DNA of 64,000 bases from Macrostomum hystrix (lineage: Eukaryota; Animalia; Platyhelminthes): assembly GCA_950097015.1 (NCBI GenBank), contig CATNEN010000025.1, positions 8,680,001 through 8,744,000 on the forward strand. The letters are read 5' to 3'. Within the stretch, counting starts at the first letter, position 1, and every line of letters starts with the position of its first letter. Under the pieces are notes generated by a model that did not search any database, was not told the origin of the DNA, and was given only the letters and a program-made list of their open reading frames with translations. Of the stretch, positions 38,062 to 49,046 are shown piece by piece. Made by a program: the position numbers and the translations under genes.

Positions 38062-38802
38062 CGAGGTGTCTCGCAGCTACTCGGCGCTCAGTCTTTCATT
38101 ATGCGCTGGCCAGTCTTCTGAGATTCTCTGGTTCCGTGTTTGCTGTTAAACAATTAAACATCAAACCAATCAAAGCTTGGGCAGGGTTGGAGCTGGGCCT
38201 ACCAGTCGCCAGGGATTGTCGGATAATTATAGCAGCAGCTGGGGGTCTCGGGCCGCCTCTTGGCAACCCTCTCAGCCAATCAGGGCTCTCCTGGCTTCAC
38301 CAAGGACAGCCATTCATGCCTCATCTCCTGCATCAGATTCTCCCAGAATACGCTCTGTGATGTCTGAGTGAGCTGCTCGAAATTAGAGCAAAAAAAAGTG
38401 AAGATGAAGTATCAGCGGAGTGCTCTCAGGCCAGGTCACAATGGTTTTGGCGTCTCAGACATCGAGTTAATCCGTTGAAAAAGAGTCTTCGCAATTCCAT
38501 TCCCAATGGTATTAGCTGAAATCCTATTGAAATGAGAATCCACCCTAATATAGTTGCTATTATTGTCGTTTACCTTTTAGATGAAAAATTCCTATCCTCA
38601 AAATTGACCGATTTCTTATGCCGAGCACAATGAGCACGCTTTACAATGCATTTTTTTAATGTTAATTTTGGTTGAATTGTGATGAAATACAATGCATACA
38701 ATCGAATTTCTGAATACAATGAATTTTTGGATCGCTATTTATATTCACGGCTTTGGCAAAGGTCGCATTCAACTCTGGAAAACAATCCATCGCTAAGAAA
38801 AC

Positions 38803-39330
38803 ACTGAGCACATCATCAGTGAGCAGTCTGTGAGCACACGAGCTCAACATGACCCTGAGATCATCAGTGAGCAGTCTGTGAGCACACGAGCTCAACATGA
38901 CCATGAGATCATCAGTGAGCAGTCTGTGAGCACACGAGCTCAACATGACCATGAGATCATCAGTGAGCAGTCTGTGAGCATACGAGCTCAACATGACCAT
39001 GAGATCATCAGTGAGCAGTCTGTGAGCACACGAGCTCAACATGACCATGAGATCATCAGTGAGCAGTCTGTGAGCACACGAGCTCAACATGACCATGAGA
39101 TCATCAGTGAGCAGTCTGTGAGCACACGAGCTCAACATGACCATGAGATCATCAGTGAGCAGTCTGTGAGCACACGAGCTCAACATGACCATGAGATCAT
39201 CAGTGAGCAGTCTGTGAGCATACGAGCTCAACATGACCATGAGATCATCAGTGAGCAGTCTGTGAGCACACGAGCTCAACATGACCATGAGATCATCAGT
39301 GAGCAGTCTGTGAGCACATGAGCTCAACAT
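38803..39330. repeat. 48-bp minisatellite, ~11 copies
   Basis: Unit GAGCACACGAGCTCAACATGACCATGAGATCATCAGTGAGCAGTCTGT. Confidence 0.97.
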
Positions 39331-40971
39331 CTTTCCATTGTCATGAGATCACCAGTAGGACTTTTGCTGCATCCGTTTCCACACTTGCCCACTCCTCACC
39401 GGTAGAAAAAAATGAGCCACACGAGAGAAAATAATGAGTCGCGTTAGAGGGCCGGCCATAATGCTGGCGAATGTGTGAACCTGGTAATCAGCGAGCTGGA
39501 CTGCCCGTGAGACTGATTGAGAATGAACAGAGAGAAAGTGAGGATGACTTAATGAAAGAAGAATAATGAGAAGAATGAGTATTAAAACCGATCAGGTTTG
39601 ACAGTGCATTTGAGTCGCTTGACTGTCAGCACTCAATCTTCTAGTGTTCGGCTCATATTTGAGCATTGAAGCTACCAATGGGTAGACTACACATTAGAGA
39701 AAAATCGTTAGTCAGGTGAGTTTACCTGCTAATTTATCACAGATTTTTGGCAACCTCCCGGGAAAAGATGACGGTCGCGAGAGGGTTGTGCAAAGCCTTC
39801 AGCCTTTTGTATAATATTACACGGTGAAAACTTCCTGATTATAATGGATTGAGTCTCAATTGCCTCCTGGTTTTTGTTTCTCCTGGCCCTGTTGGCCTAA
39901 CAATAAACTGCCGGGGCAGGGAGGTTCTTATGCTCAATGAAACAGTTTATAATGACTAATCTTATAAAGAATTTTGACATTCTGTCATTTCGAACTCGTA
40001 GAAAACTCCTCTTAATCAATAATGAAAGGCGCCAATCCATTTGCGCCACTAGAAGATCATAATAGCAAAAAACATGAGTTGTTACTATGAGTAGTTAAAT
40101 AGAGACTGAAGTTCATAAAACCTGTTTAAATTGTCGATTCAGTTAGGCAGAAAAATGTAGAATGAACTCGCCCCAGTCAGTTCATTCCTATCTGATGTAT
40201 CGCTGACTGTGATATCACACATTACAGCCAAACATCGATGCCACATCTGCAGCATGAAGCATTCAAGCCTGACCTAAATAAACAGTTGGATATGGCATGT
40301 GATACACCGCCTGTTCAATCGACTAGGCGAATCTATCTGCGCATGCCTGAGGCAGAGGTTGAGGATCTTCAGCTCCGGTACAATGCAACAGAAGTGAAGA
40401 TTCTGTGCTTGAAAGATCGCGACATTCACAGTAGTCGACAGCTTCGAAAATAATTCAATCGTATTATCCTCCTAATCTTGGGATCTATCTGATACTTTCC
40501 TGACTTTGCCTTCCAAGCTTAGCAAAAGTTTCCTTCGCTGTTCTTCAAGCTCTTGGAAATTGGAACCTGGGCGGGTCATCTCGCCTCTTCTTCAGATTTT
40601 CATCAATGATTTGTCAGCGTTCTGTTTTTTTCCTGTTGGCTTTGATCAAATGATATGACAGCAGGGCCAGCTGTCAGGCTACTGTAAAGCAAGCTTGCCA
40701 TAGTCTTCTAGAATGAGGGTCTGCACGAAAAAAAGCCAGCGGCAGTTGGAGTTGCTGAAACCACTCGAAAAAGACTTCTAGTTTTTGTTCTCGAAGCTTT
40801 TACTTTTGTTCAGAGGTTGCACAGTCATGAATGTACTCGTAATTGTGAGTAAGTATTAAATTTGATTCGAATGAAAGAAAAACTACTCGATAATTTTACG
40901 TAAGTTTTGTGTAAAAGACGAAATAATAAATACTTCAAAATAACAGACTACCGACGGTTGATACTATATAG

Positions 40972-42408
40972 ATGCTCAGCAGCGATACCTTCTCAAGGAC
41001 GGAGCTGCCACTGGTCGGGCTAGAATATTCAGTACCTAGTCAGTGGTATCTTCTAAGCTTTGGCGAACCGCTTCAGCCAGGACAAAAGTACCGAATTGAG
41101 ATCACGGACTTTCGGAAGCCGCTTGAGCCCGATCTTCGCGGTCTCTACCTGAGCGTGTACACCGAAGGAGGCAAAAAGCACTACTTGGCTGTCAGTCAGT
41201 TGCAGTCAACGGACGCTAGGAAAACGTTCCCGTGTTTCGACGAGCCTGCCTTTAAAGCACGTTTCGATGTCAGCTTGGTGCATAGGAAGGATTTCCGAGC
41301 CATCTCCAACATGGAGTCCCGACTAATTCGTCCCTTGGCGACACCTTCTAGGTGGTTCCCGAACGCAGATACAAGTCAGGATTGGGTCGAAGAGCAATTC
41401 GAGACCACACCAATCATGTCCACCTATCTACTGGCATTCATTGTGTCCCAGTTCGAATACAAGCAGAGCAGAGACTCGCGCGGACGCCTCTACCGAAACT
41501 GGGCCCGACCCGAGCTGGTGAACATGTCTGACTATGCCATCACTGCCGTGACCAACATCACCGAGTTCTTCGAGAACTACTTCGATGTACCCTTCCCGCT
41601 CAACAAGACCGATCAGGCGGCCGTGCCAGATTTAATCGCTGCCGGTATGGAGAACTGGGGCCTCATCACCTACCGCGAGAGCCGCCTTCTATTCGACCCC
41701 AAAAAGGATACAACATCCAGCCTGCAGAGCATTGGCAATGTCATCTCTCACGAGGTGGCGCATATGTGGTTCGGCAATCTGGTCACGCCGCAGTGGTGGG
41801 ACGACATTTGGCTCAACGAGGGCTTTGCCACGTTCACTCAAATCCTGGGTGTTCGACAACTTCACCCGGATTGGGACATCGACGCGCAGTTTGTAGTTGA
41901 CTCGCAGCTGTCTGCCTTCCACGCCGACTCCAAGGGCTCCAGCCATCCGATCTACATGGAGGTACACAATCCTAGCCAAATAACCGAAATTTTTGACACC
42001 ATCACATACAGGAAAGGCGCAGCGGTGCTGCGCATGCTTTACTATTTTGTCGGCGACCGCGTGTTTCGTCGCGCTATCGGAGCCTATCTGAAGCAAAATA
42101 GCTTTGCGAGTACCTTCCACACATCACTATACGACAGCCTCACCAAGGAGGCGCAAGCCGACAAGGGAATCAAACTGGACGTTGCAGAGATCATGGACCG
42201 CTGGATCAAGCAAATGGGTCACCCAGTACTGGCCTGCTACCGCGAGCCATGGAGTATCAAACTGCAACAGAGTCACTTCCTCAGCGATTCGAGTCAGCGG
42301 CGGAGTCAAGAACTGACATCGCTTGAATTACTTGACCGCTATCTATTCAAGCATTTCTTGAATTTGTCGAAAGGCTCAACTTGCGCTTCATTATACACTT
42401 GCAAATAA
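40972..42408 (+). CDS. Truncated inverted duplicate of the aminopeptidase N gene (478-aa open frame; coding or pseudogene status unknown)
   Basis: 40983-42301 is the reverse complement of 44523-45841, with only 3 substitutions seen and no indels. It keeps AGMEN, HEVAH..E and the catalytic Tyr and lacks the TM anchor and the C-terminal domain. Confidence 0.85.
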   Translation: MLSSDTFSRTELPLVGLEYSVPSQWYLLSFGEPLQPGQKYRIEITDFRKPLEPDLRGLYLSVYTEGGKKHYLAVSQLQSTDARKTFPCFDEPAFKARFDVSLVHRKDFRAISNMESRLIRPLATPSRWFPNADTSQDWVEEQFETTPIMSTYLLAFIVSQFEYKQSRDSRGRLYRNWARPELVNMSDYAITAVTNITEFFENYFDVPFPLNKTDQAAVPDLIAAGMENWGLITYRESRLLFDPKKDTTSSLQSIGNVISHEVAHMWFGNLVTPQWWDDIWLNEGFATFTQILGVRQLHPDWDIDAQFVVDSQLSAFHADSKGSSHPIYMEVHNPSQITEIFDTITYRKGAAVLRMLYYFVGDRVFRRAIGAYLKQNSFASTFHTSLYDSLTKEAQADKGIKLDVAEIMDRWIKQMGHPVLACYREPWSIKLQQSHFLSDSSQRRSQELTSLELLDRYLFKHFLNLSKGSTCASLYTCK

Positions 42409-42424
42409 ACGAAAATAAAATGAA

Positions 42425-42730
42425 GATCTATCATCCATAAATGAAGCTTTCTAAAATTCTTTGAAGCAGTATGTTTTGAAAGATATATTTAAAGAGCAGA
42501 ATTTGATCTGCTTCCAATAAAAAGTTATCAACATTTTAATGTGAAAAACGCGAAAAGTTCCTATCTCGCTTGTGCATTTTTTCCGAGAAAATCAGCCTTA
42601 AATTTTTTTCCAAGAAGCAAAATGTCTTGCCCTTATTTTTTATGTGGTCCTTGCTTATTAGTACAGCAGACGAAAATCAAAAGCCGAGCATACACAGCTG
42701 CTTCGCTTTTCAACCCACTTGGGCAAAATT
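42425..42730 (+). repeat. Dispersed repeat family, part shared with 48515-48820
   Basis: TCATCCATAAATGAAGCTTTCTA..AAAGAGCAGAATTTGATCTGCTT..AAAGTTATCAACATTTTAATGTGAAAAACGCGAAA occurs at both loci. Confidence 0.85.
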
Positions 42731-43249
42731 TCACTCTATTTGAGCTTCTGAGCTATGGATGCATGTATCAACGGCAAAGTCCAGTTTGATTCGTTAGCAG
42801 TTGTGAAAATTGCGAATGTACTTATCGAATTAATCTTAATTATTAAAGCGTATGAACACAGATTTTTTTCTGATCTGCCCTAGAATGTCGCATTTGTAAT
42901 AAAATATGTTTCTCTGGTTCCAACCTCACCTTCTTGTCCGTCGCACTGCTTCAATAACTGGTTTTAAAGTTACTAAAGTTGGTTCTTTGTTTCACACCTA
43001 TTTTGGGATAAATACACCTCAAAAGCGTCTGTAAATAGTGTCCACAGCGAAATTCAGACGAAATCACTATTACTGGTCGATAAGACTAGAATAGACATCA
43101 TGCCGAAAAAATAGGAGCAAGCTTATAGTTCAAAAAGAGGAAATTTAATCGAAGAAAAAGAAGTCTGCAAAAAGTGAGGCCTTTGATTTCAAGCAGGAAA
43201 AACATTTTACTTTGCAATCAGGCGTTTGCCGGTGGGCGGTGACTGCAGC

Positions 43250-46200
43250 CTAGTTTTCCTGCTGGTCTAGCCATCGGCGCACCACATGCAGATTAGACTC
43301 CATCCAGCGAATGTTGATCCTGACTCCCTCTAGCGACTGGTCCATCGCCCGCTGCGCCGAGCCCAGCTTGTTACGATTCTTCTCCTTGAACTCCTCCATC
43401 TCAGACAGGCGCTGCGGTGTGTTAAACTCATTCAGCAGCGAGATGAAGTAGGAGGTCGCGAACGCACTGGGCACTCGCTCGATGATGAGATCCCAGTTGT
43501 CTCTCAGGTAATCCCACACGATCTGCAGTCCGTTGGCATTGCTCGAGACCACACTAAATACGGAGGCTGCATCCTGGCGTCGAATCTTTTCTTCGTCTAG
43601 AGCGTAGTCCAGATAGCGGTTGAGCAGCCACGGCTGCGGTGAGCAAGCCAGAGCTCGTAGGATGTCGGTGTGCAGGCCCGGGTGCGCCACGGTCTGGCTG
43701 CGCTGGTAGAGCGCGTCCCAGTGAGCCTCGGAGGCCGCCGAGGTGATTCCCTCACACAGAACAACTCTGCGGACGTCTGGTGGCAGATCACCGTAGTAAC
43801 CATCGCTAGCAAACCTTTCAAATAGACGGAGAGCGTCGCGCCGGCAATCAGGCACGCCGTACTGGCAGGCAACTGAAGAAATGAGGGCACGGCGAAGCCG
43901 GCGCATGTGGGAGTCGCTAGGAGCCGTGTCGATGCCCAGATCGGCGTAGGCCGGGGCCAGCAGACGTCGCATGTGTGCGCGGAACGGGCCGTACACTGCG
44001 GAGCTACGATGCAGCATGGAGTGCAAAAGGGACAACTTAGTCATAGCGGCACGCCATGGAGCGTAATGCGTCTCTTTACGCAGGTATCGTGTCATGTTTA
44101 GCGGAATGCTGTAGTCGATAAGGCCAGCCGCTGCAAGGCTGAAGCTATCATCCAGCATTCTGACGCGGTCCTGCGGCATGAACACCTTGTGATCGGTGAT
44201 AAGTTGAGATATGAGGGCACGCCAGTTGTCCCGATCATAGTTGACCCGGTAGAAGCCAGCCGAGCGCAGGTTCAACAGGTACCAATCACCTGGAGCGAGT
44301 GATTTAGCTTCGAAGGTCTGCGACTCATGTCGCATCCATTGTACCAGGCTGGAGACGTCTTCAAGATGAGCTGCTTCTGAAGCGTTGGACTGAGTTATCA
44401 TCGTAATTGGAACAATCCAGGTATAGTTGTACTCAGATACAAACCTGCGTTGAATACAGGGTTTTAAGTTGAGCATATCGACAAATTCAAGCAACGCCTT
44501 GTCAGTTCTTACCTGGCGTCCGGCCGCTGACTCGGATCGCTGAGGAAGTGACTCTGTTGCAGTCTGATACTCCATGGCTCGCGGTAGCAGGCCAGTACTG
44601 GGTGACCCATTTGCTTGATCCAGCGGTCCATGATCTCTGCAACGTCCAGTTTGATTCCCTTGTCGGCTTGCGCCTCCTTGGTGAGGCTGTCGTATAGTGA
44701 TGTGTGGAAGGTACTCGCAAAGCTATTTTGCTTCAGATAGGCTCCGATAGCGCGACGAAACACGCGGTCGCCGACAAAATAGTAAAGCATGCGCAGCACC
44801 GCTGCGCCTTTCCTGTATGTGATGGTGTCAAAAATTTCGGTTATTTGGCTAGGATTGTGTACCTCCATGTAGATCGGATGGCTGGAGCCCTTGGAGTCGG
44901 CGTGGAAGGCAGACAGCTGCGAGTCAACTACAAACTGCGCGTCGATGTCCCAATCCGGGTGAAGTTGTCGAACACCCAGGATTTGAGTGAACGTGGCAAA
45001 GCCCTCGTTGAGCCAAATGTCGTCCCACCACTGCGGCGTGACCAGATTGCCGAACCACATATGCGCCACCTCGTGAGAGATGACATTGCCAATGCTCTGC
45101 AGGCTGGAGGTTGTATCCTTTTTGGGGTCGAATAGAAGGCGGCTCTCGCGGTAGGTGATGAGGCCCCAGTTCTCCATACCGGCAGCGATTAAATCTGGCA
45201 CGGCCGCCTGATCGGTCTTGTTGAGCGGGAAGGGTACATCGAAGTAGTTCTCGAAGAACTCGGTGATGTTGGTCACGGCAGTGATGGCATAGTCAGACAT
45301 GTTCACCAGCTCGGGTCGGGCCCAGTTTCGGTAGAGGCGTCCGCGCGAGTCTCTGCTCTGCTTGTATTCGAACTGGGACACAATGAATGCCAGTAGATAG
45401 GTGGACATGATTGGTGTGGTCTCGAATTGCTCTTCGACCCAATCCTGACTTGTATCTGCGTTCGGGAACCACCTAGAAGGTGTCGCCAAGGGACGAATTA
45501 GTCGGGACTCCATGTTGGAGATGGCTCGGAAATCCTTCCTATGCACCAAGCTGACATCGAAACGTGCTTTAAAGGCAGGCTCGTCGAAACACGGGAACGT
45601 TTTCCTAGCGTCCGTTGACTGCAACTGACTGACAGCCAAGTAGTGCTTTTTGCCTCCTTCGGTGTACACGCTCAGGTAGAGACCGCGAAGATCGGGCTCA
45701 AGCGGCTTCCGAAAGTCCGTGATCTCAATTCGGTACTTTTGTCCTGGCTGAAGCGGTTCGCCAAAGCTTAGAAGATACCACTGACTAGGTACTGAATATT
45801 CTAGCCCGACCAGTGGCAGCTCCGTCCTTGAGAAGGTATCGATAAGACGCACCGTCTCACGAGTGAGGCGAATTCTGTCTGCATGCAGCCGGATAACTTT
45901 GGTTGTATTGGCGACACTTATTGTTATGTTCACACTACCAGAGAAGTAGAAAGCGCTCTCATTGTCGCCATAGATGAATGGCGCCAGAACCAGCTCATAG
46001 TGTGTGGGAAAAACATCGGTTGGCAGGCGCAGATTCTCACCGTAAAAGCTAGATTTCGATGAGGAGTCTCCGGTTGGTTTGGATAAAGATGCGTTGGACG
46101 CAGTGGAAGTGTTTTTCGCATCACCGTCGTAGCAGGCCGCACCTGAGACAGCAAAGAAGATTGCCAGAGCGGCAACTATAATTGCGCAAATCAGAAGAGC

Positions 46201-46386
46201 ACCGACCACGGCCACAGCCGCAAAGCTAATGTAAAAGCCGCGATTTCTCCACGTTTGCGATGGCTGCTGATGATTCGCCTGCTGACCGTCCGAGTCGTCA
46301 GGCCCGGAGGCGGAAACATTGGCGCCGTCTAGGTGGACAACATTGTTTCCATCAGACGACGGTACGTATCGAGCGTAGCCGCCCAT
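43250..46386 (-). CDS. Membrane-anchored M1 zinc metallopeptidase (aminopeptidase N-like), 2 exons, 1022 aa
   Basis: Exons 46386-44513 and 44444-43250; 68-nt intron ag|gtaaga...cgcag|g, phase 2. Type II TM segment (FYISFAAVAVVGALLICAIIVAALAIFF), DARKTFPCFDEPAFKA, AAGMENWG, HEVAHMWFG..WLNEGFA, ITYRKGA, and an ERAP1_C-type C-terminal region ending NIRWM. Confidence 0.96.
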
Positions 46387-48164
46387 TGCTTGCGATTGGT
46401 TTCTCTGCGTTTTTCTGTACTAAAATGCTAACGCTGCTGTTTTAGTATTTGCTGCTTGTTGTAACCTTTCGGGTGAATAAATTTTTTCAGATCTGGCTTT
46501 GAAAATGAAGCCTGAAAAATCTCGAGATCCAACTTAGACGCGCAGAAGGGATTTAGATAGCGTCAGGTATCAAGAGGAGTGATATCCATGGGCTGTATCT
46601 GATCTTTGTACACCGAGAGCACCGACCAATGCCGCGCTATACTAGTCCGCATTGGCTGCGTGGGGAGTAAATGAGCTCTTGGAGGCAGACCAGGACAGGA
46701 AGATGAATAAACTGCGCGACTGGAATGGGAATCCTTAACCCAACAGGGATGAGAGGCCTATGAGAGGAATGGGGCATTGGCCTGTGCCCTGCACCCCAAT
46801 ACATCGGCGCTTTAACTTCAGTGCCTCGGGGCTGGTGGAATCTAATTTGACTTGTGTCTTTCCGCGCCTCTCCTGCTGACCCAGACTTTTGTGGACATGC
46901 GCAGAAAATGCCAGAAATTTAAATTTGTCCGTCCGGCTGTGGGACTTCGGCTGCGCACACCTTGCCAGTGGGGGCTTTTTAAGTTTCATGCACAAAATAA
47001 ATAAAAACTACGTATTTCTCGACTATTTCGTCTCTCCAAGCGTCCTTCCTTCTTTGCAAGGAAGCAATGTCCATAAAGTTTCCGCAGGGCAAAACCTATA
47101 TGGCTGTAAAGAAACTATTGAGCAGTTGAACTAGAAAAATCAATGGTCATCGATTCTGTTGCCCGTCTCACTCGCCGGTGTCCTGCCAATGCCTCTCACC
47201 AGAGAAGGCTGCTCATACTTTTGACGCGCCTTATAAAATCTGTAATCACATATTGACCGCGAGGATAAGAGCGTTCGACTTTATCTACCCAAGTCATCTC
47301 ACGCCTCGCTTCACTGACTTCATGTGACTTGAAACGCTAGCAATAGGCCAAGGATCTTGGTCACTGACCCACTCGCGTGTCTGAAGTGTGTTCGAAGCTG
47401 CCAAAGATTCGATTTTTAATGAACTGTTCAAGGGGTGCTAATACACAACACGACAAGCAGTGAAAAAACTGAAGCTTCAGAATTGGACCAGAAAGAAAGA
47501 TTTCATTTCTCTCCCTCCCTCCCGCTGTCTCATTTCCGAATCCAGCCTACATTTATACTCGTACTTTATTTCGCATCAAGTCGAAATCTATAAATCTAGG
47601 CCGACTAGAAAAAATGTAGACAGATTCATAAATGCCAGCTGGACGAAATTTCCTGCAATTTTTATTGCTTCCACCTCAGTTTGTTAAAACGAGCCCCCGA
47701 GGCACAAAGTCAGACAGGCACTTTGCATGTCCGCGACAGCTCCGACAGATTCAGTGTGGGTGCGATGGTGAAAATCACTGTCGATGAGGCACAAATTCCC
47801 TCAATTTTCAGTCTCAACTCACATGCAAAAAGATTAGCTGCAAGAGTTTCATATTGAAATATGACGTGACTCGTTTGTAAGGATCACTGACTACTAGGCC
47901 ACACTAGAAGAAGAAGGACAGGACACTTCGTTTCTTGGAAAATTTATTAAAGGCCCGAAATTCACGAAAAATGCCCTTGGCGAGATAATGAACTTTTTAC
48001 GTTTTTCACATTAAAATGTTGATACATGTTTATTGCAAGCAGATCCAGCGCTGTTCTTTTAATATATTTAGCAAAACATGTTGCTTCAAAGAATTTTAGA
48101 AAGCTTCATTTAGGAATTATTTATCTTCAGGAACAGAAATGAAATTGCCAAAATATGTTTAAAA

Positions 48165-48210
48165 TGCCGAAGCTTTTCGTCCTAAGCGGACATCGTCAGG
48201 GTCGATTTAT
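48165..48210 (-). ncRNA. Minimal type I hammerhead ribozyme core
   Basis: Minus strand: CC CTGACGA T GTCC-gctta-GGAC GAAA AGCT TC GG. Invariant CUGAnGA and GAAA boxes, perfect 4-bp stem II, palindromic AAGCTT stem III, UUC cleavage triplet (C17 = 48169). Stem I is truncated to 2 bp. Confidence 0.7.
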
Positions 48211-48475
48211 TGAAAAACGAAAACGCAGGTGTTTAAAGTAGGTTGTTGTACATTGTGAGTTAAAGTCCGATGGACGGGTCAAAAGGCAAACCATGATCAA
48301 GAGGTTGGAGAGGAACGCACACACAACGCAGAGTGAGAGCCCGGCTCATACGTCAGAACACTTGGAGCTGTTGGCTTGCACCGTTCACCGCTAATTGGAC
48401 AGTAAGGTTTGGCTTGAGGGCCTTGATGTACATGGCTTCAAGAATGGTCAGTTTGTAATCTCGTTTTTCAATAAA

Positions 48476-48514
48476 TTGACCCTGACGATGTCCGCTTAGG
48501 AAGAAAAGCTTCGG
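48476..48514 (+). ncRNA. Second, inverted hammerhead core with one stem II mismatch
   Basis: CC CTGACGA T GTCC-gctta-GGAA GAAA AGCT TC GG. Confidence 0.55.
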
Positions 48515-49015
48515 AAGAAGATCATCCATAAATGAAGCTTTCTAATTAAAATTCTTTAAAGCGATATGTTTTGCAAGATATATATTTAAAGAGCAGAATT
48601 TGATCTGCTTGCAAGAAAAAGTTATCAACATTTTAATGTGAAAAACGCGAAATTTTCCTATCTTGCTTGTGCATTTTTCCGGGAAAATCACCCGTAAATA
48701 AATTTTCCAAGAAACAAAGTGTCCCGTCTTTTTTATGTGGTCCTTGCAGTACAGTAGAGTAAAATCAAAGGCTGAGCATACACAGCTGCTTCGCTTTTCA
48801 ACCCATTTGGATGGATGTATCAAAATGAATAACTACGTGGATTATTTCAAATAGGCAAATCTTTCTTTTTTCTGTATCTCCCGAAATATTCAACCTATCG
48901 CCATTAAAATCCAGAAGACGAGATACAATTTTCTGCTTGATCCGATAAAACAAACTTCCAGAATCGCAAACCGTCGGCATCGTCGAGATATTCAACGATT
49001 CTCGTCGCGGTGTCT
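48515..49015 (+). repeat. Dispersed repeat family, longest copy
   Basis: The left part matches 42425-42730 and the right part matches 22290-22430 and 59445-59520. Confidence 0.75.
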
Positions 49016-49046
49016 GGTGACAAAACCAGAACATAAAATTTCATAA

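Larger units (their letters stand above)
48165..48514 (-). mobile_element. Penelope-like element 3' fragment (GIY-YIG C-terminus plus pseudo-LTR with an inverted 5' piece)
   Basis: Minus-strand peptide DYKLTILEAMYIKALKPNLTVQ...LQVF* resembles the C-terminus of the PLE endonuclease. It is bounded by a ~54-bp inverted repeat (48167-48220 / 48461-48514). Confidence 0.7.

Noticed and set aside
40238-40790. Coding-like fragments left of the aminopeptidase copy
   Set aside because: Multiple stops in all frames and no recognisable family; cannot be called.
44509-44575. Overlap of the two aminopeptidase ORFs suggesting a programmed frameshift
   Set aside because: Explained by a canonical 68-nt GT-AG intron (44445-44512) with matching phase.
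41689-45135. Antisense ORFs within the aminopeptidase arms, and similar ones over the TRIM, alpha2delta and GPCR exons
   Set aside because: Shadow ORFs caused by GC3 codon bias of the real genes. They were useful only as a check of arm identity.
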